In this document: in pieces, positions 26,718 through 45,103 of the stretch
How the letters are laid out: each line of letters opens with the position of its first letter
How positions within the stretch are numbered: the first letter of the stretch is position 1
NCBI RefSeq assembly: GCF_022045235.1
Contig: NW_027266268.1
Coordinates: 11,966,001 to 12,030,000, forward strand
Origin: Haliotis cracherodii
Lineage: Eukaryota
DNA: 64,000 nucleotides
Direction: 5' to 3'
The notes under the pieces: generated by a model
What the model was told of the DNA's origin: nothing
Databases searched by the model: none
The model's input: the letters and a program-made list of their open reading frames with translations, nothing else
Position numbers and translations under genes: made by a program

Positions 26718-27371
26718 ACCCGATCAAAATATTTCGTTTTGCTTTACGAAATGAATAGTGCATATACACTTGTGTTAAATATACCATATAGGATCAAGGA
26801 AAGAAGAAATGAGAGAAAACCCCTTTAAATGTACTAGTAACTACCCACTTCACTGTCGAAGATACAACACGATACTCTAGCTGAGTAAAAAGAACGCATG
26901 ACGAATCAGAAGAAGTTTTTTGTGTATATTCAGAAATACATATCTGAACCGATCAAAAAATGAGTTTGTCTGGTTCATTTAAGGATAACTTTATATGTCA
27001 TCAAAGCATATAACGTTCTTGGAGGGAGTGATTGAATTGCATTTAGATTTAAATATAATCCGAAAATGCCAGACAATATCCAGTCCCGACTCTCCCTCGA
27101 AACAGATTCCAATAGGCGTAAAAGGCAAAATAGGAATGAAAAATATACGAATCGATTACAGATAATCAGTGATGATGCCCGGTTTAAACAACATTCAAGC
27201 AGGGGAACACCAAATATTGTCTTCAGATATATCCTTACAGAGAATCGAACCCGGATCAGACATTTGACAACAAAGTATTGATGTTTAAGTCAGTGATGAT
27301 TCCATGTACTGATAGAAACAGAAGCATAGCAATTCCATTGTTTTTATAGGAACATCCGATTCCGATGAATT

Positions 27372-27532
27372 TTATAAGTTGTCAACTGATCTCGAGGTGC
27401 ATATGGTGTGATGAAACTTGTGTGTGAGTCTATTTATCCCTAGGCGTCGGGCTTGGGTTACATACACGTAGGCTCACACACAGGGAACATCACACCAAAT
27501 GCCCGAGGGATCGGTTGACAACGAATTTATAA
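27372..27532. mobile_element. Imperfect ~160-bp palindrome (hairpin/MITE-like element)
   Basis: GTTGTCAACTGATC..GGTGCATATGGTGTGATG..TGTGTGAGTCTA pairs with TAGGCTCACACA..CATCACACCAAATGCCC..GATCGGTTGACAAC. Confidence 0.65.
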
Positions 27533-28534
27533 CATCGACATTCATTCATTCATACAGACCCGGAACATATGTCCGCAGTTTCATTCGAGATATGCATATT
27601 GCCTACGATGTGTTCCGATTGTTTTCTCAGCGGGGAACGTGAGCGGGCTACATGGAATGTAATAGCCCGCTCCTCAACCAATCGGAAGCTAGTATTTGAA
27701 TGTAAAATGAGATAAAATTCTCTGTCCACTGCTGCCAGGAACAACATTCATAGTATGCATTCATCCACAGTGAGAATATGAACTTTTAAATCTTACCTTT
27801 TTGTGACGTTGTGAAGAAGACAAACACACGTAGAAAAATGATTAAATTGTTGTGATCTTATGCATATAATCGTGTTGTTTTGAAAATATATCAATTATCA
27901 TGATACTTACAGACCACATGCATGTGACAGTGTGTGCCTTTTCACTACCAAACACCAGGAGTGCAACGCCCTACATGCCCTCGGCAACATACGATGATAC
28001 GGTCTGGACAATTTTTAAAAAACAACAACTTTTATTTACATTCAAGGACATATCTCCAAAACCATTTATACATGCCACACTTCCATGTTAAAACAATGAA
28101 ATATGATGCTTCTTTTTTATCACACACCCCTCCATTGTATATAAATGTGTAGGAATATCATAAATGTGTTAAATAATGAACATGGTACAGAATATGTATA
28201 TCTACCATATATTTTCTGTACCATGTTTATTGTTCAGTCTTTCTCGACAACGGTTGGATCCATACCAAAACATGGCCATTACAGTAAAATGACGTTGTTA
28301 TCAACAAAGTCCACTTTGCGACCCATGATTTGTTTCAAACATTTTACGGGTGTTTCCTTCAACTTCTAACAAATGCCTATCAAACAACATTATTGGGATG
28401 TCTGTGCCTGAACATTGTTTTTCCCACCATTATTTGGATATTTAACAGGCACTGAAAGGGTGTAGTACAGCTTCTTCATACATACATTTGGCTCGCCTTC
28501 TGGAAAGTAATCATGCAAGGCAAGATTTAGTTCC

Positions 28535-28536
<2 letters not shown>

Positions 28537-28612
<76 letters not shown>
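28537..28612. repeat. (CT)n microsatellite
   Basis: Read directly. Confidence 0.97.
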
Positions 28613-28615
<3 letters not shown>

Positions 28616-28617
28616 CA

Positions 28618-28770
28618 AGTCAGCACCATACCCGTGCTCGTGGGTTTCATCGAAGTGGTAAACGTCTGAGACCTGCATCACTTCGGGCTTTCCTCCCGTA
28701 TTAAGCTGACACGCCGTGATATAACTGGAATAATGTTAAAAGCGGCGTTAAACCCAACTCACTCACTTAC
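28618..28770 (+). mobile_element. SINE family A, 3' half
   Basis: GTCAGCACCATACCCGTGCTCGTGGG...AAAGCGGCGTTAAACCCAACTCACTCAC. Confidence 0.8.
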
Positions 28771-29716
28771 TAGTATGTCTGAAGAAGAAGTGACATTAAG
28801 AAAGTAAAGTTTACGGTCAAGCAACGCCGCCCATTGTTTTAAATTATTTAAACATAAAACTTACTTTTCGAAAAATAACAGAGTTATCAAAGCAAAATAA
28901 ATTAAAGATTACGCCAAATCAACTTAGAGCTACGTTCGATGTTTGTGTTAATGACCATTTGACTCTCATTACCAAATCGCCGGCCATTCAATAGTTATCC
29001 AATTGAAAGGAAGCGGAACAATCACAAATCACCTAGTGTTGATACTAATGTACATATTATACCTGAAAAGAGAACTGCATGCTGACTGTAGACAAACAAC
29101 ACTTAATAAGGTAAACCAAAGAGTCACGAAACAATGTTAACCAGCTCAAATATGCTATGTTTAAACAGTGCCTATTGTCCATGCTGTAATCCATGTAAAA
29201 ATAATATCATTATCTAATCGACTGTAACCTGTGCATTGATTAAAACAAAGACAGATATTGTATGATAACATTCCTAATACATCTGATTAGTTCATACCAG
29301 TATATGTGCAATTTCTTAATATGGAATTGCAGGAAAAATAGTATTTCGCTGCATATTTTTCTGTCATATGCAAGACGATTCAAGAGAAAGTTTGATGTAT
29401 TTATCCATGTAAACTGTATTTGTCTCATTTGTGTATAGATTTTACCTCTGCTGCCCATTAATGTCTTCTCTTCTTTGACTGTTTTCAACAATACTTAATT
29501 TGTATTACAATGGTAGAGATATGGTTAGAGAGCTTATTCTAAGACTAACCACATTCCCATTTGTGAAGAAAATATGTTGAAAATACCAAAAGAAATTATA
29601 TTATGATATAGGCGGAATAGTACAATGGACTGTGCTTCAAGCAGAGATTTCTTTTCATTTTGGAAAGGTTATTATGACTATTAAGAGTAAGCATGATGTG
29701 TTAGGCAATAGAAGTG

Positions 29717-30012
29717 GACCCGTGAAGATCCGGGTTAAAATAGATCTCCAGCAACCCATGCTTGTCGAGAGGCGACTAACAGGATCGGGTTGTCAGGCTT
29801 GCTGAATTGATTGATGCATGTCAAGGTATCCGAACTGGGATCGGGTTGTCAGGCTTGCTGAATTGGTTGATGCATGTCAAGGTATCCGAACTGCGTAGAT
29901 AGCTGCTTATGACGTCAAACACTGGATTGTCTGATCCAGACACGATTATTTACAGACCGCTGTAATATAGCTTGAATATTGCTGAGTGCGGCGTTAAACA
30001 ACAAACAAAGAA
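29717..30012 (+). mobile_element. SINE-like family B with an internal ~56-bp duplication
   Basis: GACCCGTGAAGATCCGGG start, GGATCGGGTTGTCAGG...CCGAACTG present twice, tail GCGGCGTTAAACAACAAACAAA, and probable TSD CAATAGAA. Confidence 0.8.
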
Positions 30013-31172
30013 ACACAATAGAATTAATAATACAGTTTGACATTCGCTTATGTTCCTTCAATGTGCAAGTATCTGAAATAACTCTTGTTCAGCTTAAGTC
30101 TACTTGATACAGAAATAATATAATGACTAACGTACGGTCAAAGTGGCATAAGTGACTGCGCATGTATGACTGTGTAACCAAACTGGAACTCCATGCACAC
30201 TAATGTCTCGTAAGGCTTGTCTCGTAATGTTAAGACTAATACAATTGAGCATGCAGTCAAATACGGGTGTGCCTGGTCCGGCCTCATTCGAATATTTACA
30301 GGTTGTTCTGATATGACTCTACGCTTGCTGACTGGTGTAAAACAATATTCTCTGAATCATAATATGGCACAAATAGAAATGACGCTCGTAATTGTAAGTT
30401 ATAAGTACAGGGTGCAAGGAATGAAAATGGAATATGTGTAGTTTGGAAATGAAGTAGATGGTATCTAATTTTAGTTGGGAATAAAACAAGGTCGATACGC
30501 TGTAAAATATCAACTGGTTATGACGCACCTTTTAAGAATTCTAGAAATATTTGATAGTCATATTGATCCCGTTTTTGTGGTCAATCAATCAATCCAACCA
30601 ACAAGCCTTCCAACCGACCACCAATCAACCAATCAGTTCTCCACAAAATCCATGATTCATCCACCTCAGTACAAGAGCTAACAATAATTAGACAAACACA
30701 CATATTATGTATATGTATGTGTATACATGTATGCTATCATCAGATATGTCAATCAAGGTGACAGTTATTACCTTTTTCTCATTTAATATTATTATCATAC
30801 ACTTTGACCTTTGTTTCATATTCTCTTAGTCGTGACGAGTTGAGAAGACATTTTAAGGTTGTTTACATTTGACCAAGTGAAGTTTGAGTATGTTGTTATA
30901 CTATTTCGTGTGAAAAGGCTTCACAACCAAATAAATAGGGACATTCATCAGCAACAGAGAGAGCGGTTATGCAAATTACATTATGTAGTTTCTCTTTGTT
31001 TTTCTAACGACTGGTATCAGGTGACGGTAACTTGTTCTATCTTTCAAGATTTGAGAAATATGTATATGTTGTAATGGATACGATTTGTATTTTTTTACAA
31101 TAGAACTTGTTGAGGTTTGGTAAAATAGATATTATCACACCTTAATGAAAACGAAAACATTTTTAAAGTTTA

Positions 31173-31795
31173 AATGTTAACACTTACAATCCATTATCCT
31201 TCTGCGTTTTAATGTTAACACCCACAATCCATTACCCTTCTGCGTTTTAATGTTAACACCTACAATCCTTTATCCTTCAGACTTTTAATGTTAACACCTA
31301 CAATCCATTATCCTTCAGACTTTTAATGTGAACACCTACAATCCATTGTCCTTCTGAGTTTATTGGTAACACCCGCAATCCATTACCCTTCTGAGTTTAT
31401 TGGTTACACCCGCAATCCATTACCATTCTGAGTTTATTGTTCACACCAGCAATCCATTACCCTTCTGAGTTTATTGGTAACACGCGCAATCCATTACGCT
31501 TCTGAGTTTATTGTTCACACCTACAATCCATTACCCTTCTGAGTTTATTGGTAACACCCGCAATCCATTACGCTTCTGAGTTTATTGTTCACACCTACAA
31601 TCCATTACCATTCTGAGTTTATTGGTAACACCCGCAATCCATTACCATTCTGAGTTTATTGTTCATACCTACAATCCATTACCCTCCTGAGTTTATTGTT
31701 CACACCCGCAATCAATTACCCTTCTGAGTTATTGTTCACACCTACAATCCATAACTCTTTCAAATTTTAATGTCAGCACCTACAACCCATTACCA
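31173..31795. repeat. 37-bp minisatellite, about 17 units
   Basis: Unit approximately ACACC(T/C)(A/G)CAATCCATTACCCTTCTGAGTTTATTG(G/T)T(A/C); period measured 31371 to 31408. Confidence 0.95.
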
Positions 31796-32213
31796 TCACT
31801 TTTTAATGTTTGATAATTAGGCAATTTAGTATTATGAGACTTGGTTAGTTTACAATTTTGACCTTGTATTTATATGTTATTAAAAAGTATATTGATAGAC
31901 ATGTATATTCAAAAGTCATTAACCTAGTAGCGTTTTGATTTTGCAAGATAATATTTGCAAATCCGCAAAGTTCTTAATAAACAGATATAGAGGCAATAGT
32001 GGTGATATGGATAGATGGGCAAGTGGAGACAGAGTGCGATATGGGGTAACCAACCTGGGTGCAAATAATTATATTCCTTTCTTGAGAAATAATAATAGTA
32101 CAAGTACAGTCATCGTGAAAATAATCCTTTACGGCTTCTGTGGTTAATAAGAGGATTATCGACTAATGATTGGGATTAACTTTGTTTGTAGTTACATGCA
32201 GGGAAACCGTCAG

Positions 32214-32254
32214 CCAATCAGGAACAAGAACACAACACGAGGATTACATATAAA
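32214..32254 (+). promoter_or_regulatory. CCAAT box plus TATA-like box of tubulin copy 2; equivalents at 40869-40906, 46768-46805, 52518-52555, 58324-58361
   Basis: AGCCAATC(A/G)G.AACAAGA followed ~30 bp later by TA(C/T)ATAAACAG-like sequence, at the same position upstream of five paralogs. Confidence 0.7.
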
Positions 32255-32353
32255 CAGCCTCTGCCTTGTTGTGGACAATTACAACTCAAGTATCAATCTT
32301 GGATTCAACAGCAATAGCGCTTTACGCTTCCCTTCCTTCCTCCAACATTCAAC

Positions 32354-35001
<2,648 letters not shown>

Positions 35002-35127
35002 ACACATTTTCCTTTTCCCTGTACACTCAGAAATAAATCTGAACCGATCAAAAATGTTTTATCTTTCACAATTATATATAATTATGTTAATAACATAATA
35101 GGAGTTTTTTTTTAATATATAGAGATT

Positions 35128-35265
35128 ATTATACCAGCGCGTGTGTCATACTGATTTTCGGAAATATGAGTCAACATGCTTGTATTTCCCGAGCGAAAGC
35201 ATGATGCATAAATTTATTCACGAGTTTCGTAAAATCAGTATGACTCACATGTGAGTATGATAATT
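35128..35265. mobile_element. Imperfect palindromic element downstream of tubulin copy 2
   Basis: GTGTGTCATACTGATTTT pairs with AAAATCAGTATGACTCAC; ATTAT / ATAAT ends; central CCCGAGCGAAAGC. Confidence 0.55.
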
Positions 35266-36379
35266 TCTTTATTTCCCATTATTTTGAAATCCCCCTTTAG
35301 ACACTAATCACGACCACCGCTTTAGAAAACCACTATTGTCAAAATTGAATGACGTCAACAATCTTCAGCTATGACTTCGTTTTTAGTGTGCTTTCATTCC
35401 GACCATACGTCATAATAAAATTCGTCAAGATGATTTGAACAATACACACGTACGCGTAAAGTAATATACATACATTTTTTACGTACATGGTTATTTCTAA
35501 TCCTATTGGCATTACAATTATAAACAACATTAGAAAATATTCTGCTTTAGATATAAACTGCATGTATGGCAAAAGAGCCGCGTCATCGTTATATAGAATG
35601 CAGAAGGCAATCGTCTTTCAGCGATGTCGTTGACAAAGTTGACTATACAAAGCTCTTATATCCAGTGATTGCACAAAGTAATACTTTTATTATAAAATGG
35701 GTATATCGATTATCCAATATGGTTCAATGACGGCCAAATAGCCAAGTCCCTTCCACTGATTCACTCACGTGGTCTAGGAAAAGAAGAGTCCAGCAAAACT
35801 GCTTCATCTGTTCTTAGCGTCCGTACAGATTCAGAGTGACAACGAAACTCTCCACAAGACTGTACAAGAGGGACGACTTCCACCTTCCAATAGTCTCACA
35901 GATACACGTTGATACTTTGCAGTTATAGCGATGACCTTCACGTGAAGTTGTCTGATTGGCTGCTATTTTTGAGCAAATTGATAAGACATACGTTAAAAAA
36001 CTGTAGAAATTACCAGTGTCGGTCACATGTAGGTTACACCATATATAGGATAAGCTGCATTTATCAAGAACGTATGCAATCCACTGGGATGGATATATAT
36101 TTACATATTTACTGATATGTTATGCACAATAACTTACAATTTACTCTTATTAGCATTTGTGACAAGTTTAAACCAGTAGGTTGCCTATATACACAAATAG
36201 GAACTTCAGCTTAACAGTTTCACTATTTAGCCTATGTCGGTCTACTCTAACATTGATTCAGAATAATGTAAACAAAAACAAAAGCGGTTAATATATTCCC
36301 AACAGTTCAACGTCTGACTAACTCCATACGTCAAATCCAACAACATAATAGGCCACAGAATACTTGCAACATTAAACAT

Positions 36380-36706
36380 TTAATCTGTGGGTAAATGACG
36401 ACTATTGGCCTTAGATAACAAAATAAACATGGCTTTCAGGGCTTGGTCACGAAGTGTCTCAACAGCATTTGTATATTTACGGTTTCTTCTGAATTTAATA
36501 CCAAAATAATCACACTCATCAACAATAGCAAGTTGTTTATCATGGAAAATATAGACACGTTTACTTTTCGTTGTTGGACCGTACCCCAAAATGACTAGCT
36601 TAGTTTTAGAAATGTCAATGGTCAGCTTCCATTGTTCACAACATTCATGAAGGACACTGATACAATCTTCAGGGTTGTCTGATTGTATGGCTCCGTCATC
36701 AGAATA
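36380..36706 (-). mobile_element. LINE reverse-transcriptase fragment (decayed)
   Basis: In-frame YSDDGAIQSDNPED...CEQWKLTIDISKTKLVILG...VDECDYFGIKF resembles the non-LTR RT YADD, W.L.IN..KTK and YLG motifs. Confidence 0.75.
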
Positions 36707-36879
36707 TGATTGACAATGAAATAGATTATCGCTCTAATAGATTACATTTCACAGCGAAAATATCCTGAAATGTCATCATTATGTTTACTACAGGGTTTAA
36801 TATTATTGTACATGTTGAATCGTATCTTAAAAGAGCTCTCCGTTTATTCCATTGGAAAGGGGTTTCTGACATAATCTGC

Positions 36880-36981
36880 CGGGATTAGAAACCACAATCA
36901 TAGGTTTCTGGTGTGTACAAGGGACGCAACTCCGCACAGCGAATTGCGGCGCCTTAGACGACTGGCCTACCCGTGCCCCCC
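36880..36981 (-). mobile_element. SINE family A, head only
   Basis: AAGGGACGCAACTCCGCACAGCGAATTGCGGCGCCTTAGACGACTGGCCTACCCGTGCCCCCC. Confidence 0.7.
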
Positions 36982-37860
36982 AGGAATCTATAAACACACA
37001 ATGCAATACAGTTTGTTTTCTGTTGATTTAAATGTCCATAAGACTGCTGAATACAACGATATGTATAGTACAAGTAACCTTTTCTAAAACCCGCCTGTAT
37101 CTCCGAAAGGATGTTGTTTTCTTACACATATTTATTCAATATGCTATTTAGCACAACGGTGAATAACTTTCCGAGACAGCATGATAAAGTTATTTGTCGG
37201 TACTTTTCTGGTCTGTTAGCTTCTTCTTCTATTGGTTTAAGGGGAACAAGGTTCTGGCTTTTACCCGGCTGTATAACACTGCCCGCTGGGGCTCATTATG
37301 TGCCCTGAGTCGATTTGCTGACTTACTCATCTGAGCAGAACAAGAACTGAGCTACCGTTGTCGACTACTGGAATAACCTTTAAGGCAATAAACGCATAGA
37401 ATAATAAGGTTCTTATCTTATACTCAAAACAACAACGACCCTTATTTTTCCGGCAACTAAATTGCACAAAATACAACAATTACTACTCCCTAGTTGCCAT
37501 CCATGTTTCATGGTACAAACCGCCACCGTCGTCATTCACGTGATGCTCAGTTAATTAATTTATTACAGGTATACATGTAATTAGTGGTAGTACCACTCCG
37601 ATGAAATGACAAAGGTTCCCATTTAGCATTTCCCGTGTCTGTTGTACTTATTCAATCTAGGATTGGCTTATAAACAAGGTCTTATGTGGTAAATGCATTT
37701 CGTGGTATGCAACATGCAGGTGACATCGCAGCAAGAGAGGAGTGATAAGTTAAGTTACAACAAAACATCGATCAAATGATTAAACATTAAAACGTTGATT
37801 GTAACATAATGTTATATTTGGGATTACACTTTCTTAACGAAGTGAAAATTCTGGTAACCT

Positions 37861-37891
<31 letters not shown>

Positions 37892-38868
37892 GAAGTCCCC
37901 ATACGTTAATCAATGTTATCATGCGCAGTGGATTTATCAAAAGTAACTGTTTAATATATATTGGTTTACTAAGGAATACGGAATACACACACGTGTTTAG
38001 TGCCTTTTTCAAAATCAACATACTTTGTTCATACGATCAGGCGATAATATGTTGACTTATTGATCATTGTTATCTAACTCAATTATTTTTTTAAAGAACC
38101 TTGGACATCATCAAAATAATTGTCACGTGTGCTGTCTCAGTTGACCAATGGGATTTGACACCTATATGAAACACCTGAAATATACCTACGTGATAAGTTG
38201 AGAAACAAACACTGGTTATAATATCCCGAAACGCTTCAAAGATTTTAAAATATTACATTGTTACCAAGACACGTGACATCAAACAAGTTGATTTGTAAAG
38301 CGGCAAATGTATTGGATATTACTCCTTTATTGACGATATTGGATATTGACGAATACTTTCCTTCGACAGGGTAACTGCTTAACATTATACATATACCCTA
38401 TTTCGGTTACAATTACGATATTATTATTTTCTTTTCATTCATATGCCGTGGCATTGAACAAATTCTTTACAGATCCTTAAGAATTACGTTATCGTTGGGA
38501 GGTTCTTCGATGCGAGACGTATAACACTTAGTCATCGTTTTTACACGCCTTTTCGTTTCTAGGCGTGTATATAACAAATAATCTCTAAATACTTCAGACA
38601 TTTTACATGGACTGAAACATCTGTCCATTTAATTAACAGTGTCTAAACATACGAATGATTAATCATAAAATTATTAAAAAGGGACTTAAAACATCATTTC
38701 AAGAGACCAATTATGCTAGGATCATAAGTCGAAAGAGAAATATACAATGACTTTCGTGTTCTTTTTTTCCTGTATTTTTCAGTCACTGGATGATAAAATC
38801 AAACATCAAAGTGTTTCAAATTCGTTATCGTAGTAAAAGTAATCGACAGATTTTTAAGTTATACACAA

Positions 38869-38982
38869 TGAGTGAGTGAGTATGGTTTACGCCGCTTTTA
38901 GCAATATTCCAGCACCACCACGGCGGGGGATACCAGAAATTGGCTTCACACATTGTGCCCAACGTCGGGAATCGAACCCGGT
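38869..38982 (-). mobile_element. SINE family C, 5'-truncated
   Basis: (GAGT)n tail, GGCTTCACACATTGT body and GGGAATCGAACCCGG (B box on the minus strand). Confidence 0.8.
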
Positions 38983-39892
38983 TTTACACAATGACTGCAA
39001 CATATCAACACGACATGATAAGCAATGTTCAGAGGAAATAATTAGTTTGTATTACATGTCAAAATTTTGTAAACGAAAATCACAGAATTCCTAGCGAATG
39101 ACTCTTCAAAACTTCGTCACCATTACCGTACGACCTGACAGATGCCATTATTTCCTTATTAATTTCAAGACCAAACTGTATTTCATTTTTGGTGATCAAT
39201 GCGTTGATACGAGCTCCTACTGTCAATAAAGGCGGTAAATGCACTTAAAAGTAGCACAGCATAGTTCGCGAACTAGTCGAAATACCATCTGGGATAACAT
39301 CTGGGTATCCACGGAAAAAGTCAGCATCCCGTTCCGGAGAACTGTCAGAGGTCAGAGACTCTTTAAGACGTGCATCACGGTGATTGCATAATGTGTGATC
39401 AACACCGCAATTGGCCCATATAATACCGATGACCGGGTACTTAATAATTAGTATGATGATTAATTGGGAATATTATCCTTGGTTAGAAGATATCCAAACA
39501 ACTGACAGATTAGTTAATCGTTGCTTGATCTTGTGTCACAGTTCTTGCTAATTATTCATTGTGTAACCAACGCAATAATTGGCCCAGACAATGCAGTGGC
39601 ACACAGACTGACTGGCCTAATAGAGTGTATGTTGCCATACTTGTGTGTTGGTGGTGAGAAGATAATCCAAGCATATACAAATCGGAAGCAGATAAAAAAA
39701 AGTACACCTCTGTGTGGAACACTCTAATTAGGACTGTTCCATTACAGATGTAGGTATTGTCTTCATTAATCCCCTACCTCATTGTCCGAGAATTGGCTGG
39801 CTAATTAATGGGCGTCGAACTAATGAGATATAACCGATGAAGGATTAGGTAAGTGTGCTGAAGTATGCATAATTAACATCCAACGTCCTGTA

Positions 39893-40050
39893 GGAGGTGG
39901 GGTAGCCTTTTGCTTAAAGCGTTTGCTCGTCACGCCGAAGGCCCGGGTTCGATTCCCAATATTGGCACAATGTGTGAAGCCCATTTCTGGCAAATCTGCC
40001 GTGATATTACTGGAATATTGCTAACAGCGGCGTAGAATCATACTCACTCC
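39893..40050 (+). mobile_element. SINE family C; the same insertion is present in the duplicated flank at 57311-57470
   Basis: GGTGGGGTAGCC..TTAAAGCGTTTGCTCGTCACGCCGAAGGCCCGGGTTCGATTCCC...GCGGCGTAGAATCATACTCACTC, with matching flanks at both sites. Confidence 0.85.
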
Positions 40051-41005
40051 ACCAACAACAGCTAGCATTTTCATTACCAATGAGATATTATCTAATCAGC
40101 AATATCCACTACATTTTAACAAAACCTAGCACACAAGCAAAGCTGATGTTTGAAACACAGCAACACCAGCAATGACACCAGGCATTCAAAATAATGGAAA
40201 CCGTCAACGACAGAGAATAACCTGTCTCAGTCATCTGCCGAAAGCGATTCCATTGTGCATAGAAGCCAAAATAGTGATGACAACAGGTGCCCACGAAATG
40301 GGAAAAGGTAAACATATCCTGCAACCGCCACTTAAACAATTTAAACAAAGTGTTTGTTGAGTGACGCATGGAAAGATTACATTTGGGGTTTCATGAGTGC
40401 AAAACAGTAAGGAAATGACATTCGTTAATTTTAATTTGAAAGCATTAAACAATCGTATCGGTAACATTTTGGAACCTGAAAGAACACATTACAATGGCAT
40501 CTACTCATACTGTATCCTTTGACCTCATGTAACATGCATGAACAGGCTTGAAAAGAACCTGTTACATACATGAAATGTATAAATTGACTCGTAAAAAAAT
40601 CTAATGTGTCAAAATGCTTCTTAATGTAAATCTGTCGATTATGACATGCATACATAACCTGTTGAACATCTGTGTATGATAATCGTAGGAAATATGGAAA
40701 ACAGGAAAAAATATATAAAAATTTGTACACAGATCGAGAGAGATATCAGCGTTGCAGTAACATATTAAAACAGCTTTAATTGAATGAATATAATGCTGCT
40801 TATCTGGGGCTTATCCAATGACAATAACAATTGACTACGTTGGTAGTTACAGGCAGGGCAACGGCCAGCCAATCGGAAACAAGATTACAAGACGGGGTTA
40901 TATAAACAGTCTCCGTGCAGTTATGGTCAGTTACAACTCAAGTGCCCAGCTTGTATTCAACAGGAGTAAGGATTTACCGCCTCCTTCCTTCCTCCAACAT
41001 TCAAT

Positions 41006-43280
<2,275 letters not shown>

Positions 43281-45103
43281 ACTTGCTATTGCCCTGTACA
43301 GTCAGAAATAAATCTGAATCCAATCATCAATTTTGTTTCTATTTATATTCAACAATTCATACGAGTATCGAAAAGTGAGATATAGTGATTTGGGTTTAAC
43401 GACGCTTTTAACAGTATTCCAGTTATATTAACACAACATGTCACCTTAACGGAAAACCGTAAGTGATGCAGGGCTCAGACGTTTATCAATTTGGCGAAAC
43501 CCACAAGCACGGGTAGGGACCTGACAAATGTTACAACATAACTGGGGCAACGTTTGTCAAAGAAAACATGTTAATCGAAAATATTAAAGATACAATTACC
43601 TGCCATGTGCCAATTTAGAAACAAGAATTATCTTGAACGCGACGCCAAACCCAATTTCACCTCACCTCACCTCACCTCATCATTTCTTTTTTAAATGAAC
43701 TCTAAACGAACATTTACATTTTCTAAAAGGTTATTATCCATAAAAAGTTATTCACTTGGTGAAAGAACAATTACTAGCCCTGAAACGTCATTGGAAACAA
43801 TAAGAAGTTGTTATCCATAAAAAAAATTATCATGTTCTCGTGCGTAAAAACAAAGAGAATACGAAATATCATGAACATGGTCAAACTGTTTTCAAAAAAG
43901 ATTCTTTAGACCATTGGCTGTTTTATTCTTCCGATATGACGAAAAACTGTTTGGCAACAACGCGAATACTGGCAGTTGCATTCTCCATAAACCTATAGTT
44001 CTACTTTGAAATATCAGCTAATATGGGCCATGACTAGTCCTCAAATCCAATAACAGGTGTAACTTCAAAGTACATTTGCTACGTGTGTCGTGTATATATA
44101 AATAAATAAATATATCTTGACTTTCGCTTTCTGGGTGATGAAATCAAACCATCAAAAGGTTTTACATTCGTTATCATTTTACCATTAATGGACGGGTTTC
44201 TAAGATTATTATTAAAACAAATGAACTATTTAGGCAGTTTACACATTGACTTTCACACATATACTTTAACACGATATGATAAGCACTAATCGGGGGAAAT
44301 CATTACTTTGTGTTTCTAGTCAAAATAGTGCAAACAAAAATCACAGAATTCCAAGGGACTTTTCATAACTTCGTCACCATTACTGATGCGACCTCTAGGA
44401 CGCCAACAATTCTTTCCAAGACCAAACTGTATTTCATTTTAGTTGATCAACGTGATGATACGACCATTTTCTATCAATAAAAGGGACAAATACGCTTCCG
44501 GGTGGCGCAGCACAGGTCGCGAAGTAGTCGAAATTCTGGGATATCATCTATGTATCCACGGAAAGAAAATAACAAAGGCAACATTCCTTCACTTGAGAAT
44601 TGTCAGAGATCAGATCCCCACGAAGACGTGCATCACAGTGATTGAATAATGTGTGATCAACACTGTAATTGTCCAGACAATACCGACGACCGGGTATTTA
44701 ATAATTAGTGTGATGACTAATAGGGAATATTACCTTTGGTTGGAAGATATCCAAGCAATTGGCAGATCAGTTAATCGTAGTTTGTGTCACAGTTCTTGAT
44801 AATTGGCCCTGACAATGGTGGTGTACACAGACTGAGTGGCCCAATAGAGTGAATGTTGCTAAACTTTAAGATAACCCAAGCATATACAAATTGGAAGAAC
44901 ACGGAAAACTACACCTCTCCGTGTGTTAATGTCACTGTGCCCTCACCCTGGGTGTTGTTATATGGGATTAAGAGCTACAGCTCGCTGCATTTTTGTTTTT
45001 TTGCGGACATGTACAATGTACATGTGCAGATGAAGTAAGCATCAGTACTGCACACTTAGTGTTGGTTAATCTGGGTACCTGGGAGATGAACACTTTTAAG
45101 ATT

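Noticed and set aside
29200-29700. Possible further decayed LINE fragment (also a LINE-tail-like stretch near 62400-62560)
   Set aside because: Only a vague resemblance, with no diagnostic motif I could confirm by eye.
31173-31795. Regular 37-bp repeats resembling a CRISPR array
   Set aside because: Units are directly adjacent with no unique spacers, there are no cas genes, and the DNA is eukaryotic.
37860-37892. Poly-T/poly-G run as a G-quadruplex element
   Set aside because: A single homopolymer far from any promoter, and its length is unreliable in assemblies.
39893-39960. tRNA-like sequences with A and B boxes (also near 20450-20507, 57311 and 56100-56206)
   Set aside because: They run into shared SINE bodies and tails, some with TSDs, and I could not form a full cloverleaf. 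They are SINE heads, not tRNA genes.
44443-44649. Identical short ORFs in two spacers (44443/50309; also 46449/52199)
   Set aside because: Explained by recent segmental duplication; there is no coding signature and the more diverged spacer copy near 39.2 kb does not show them.
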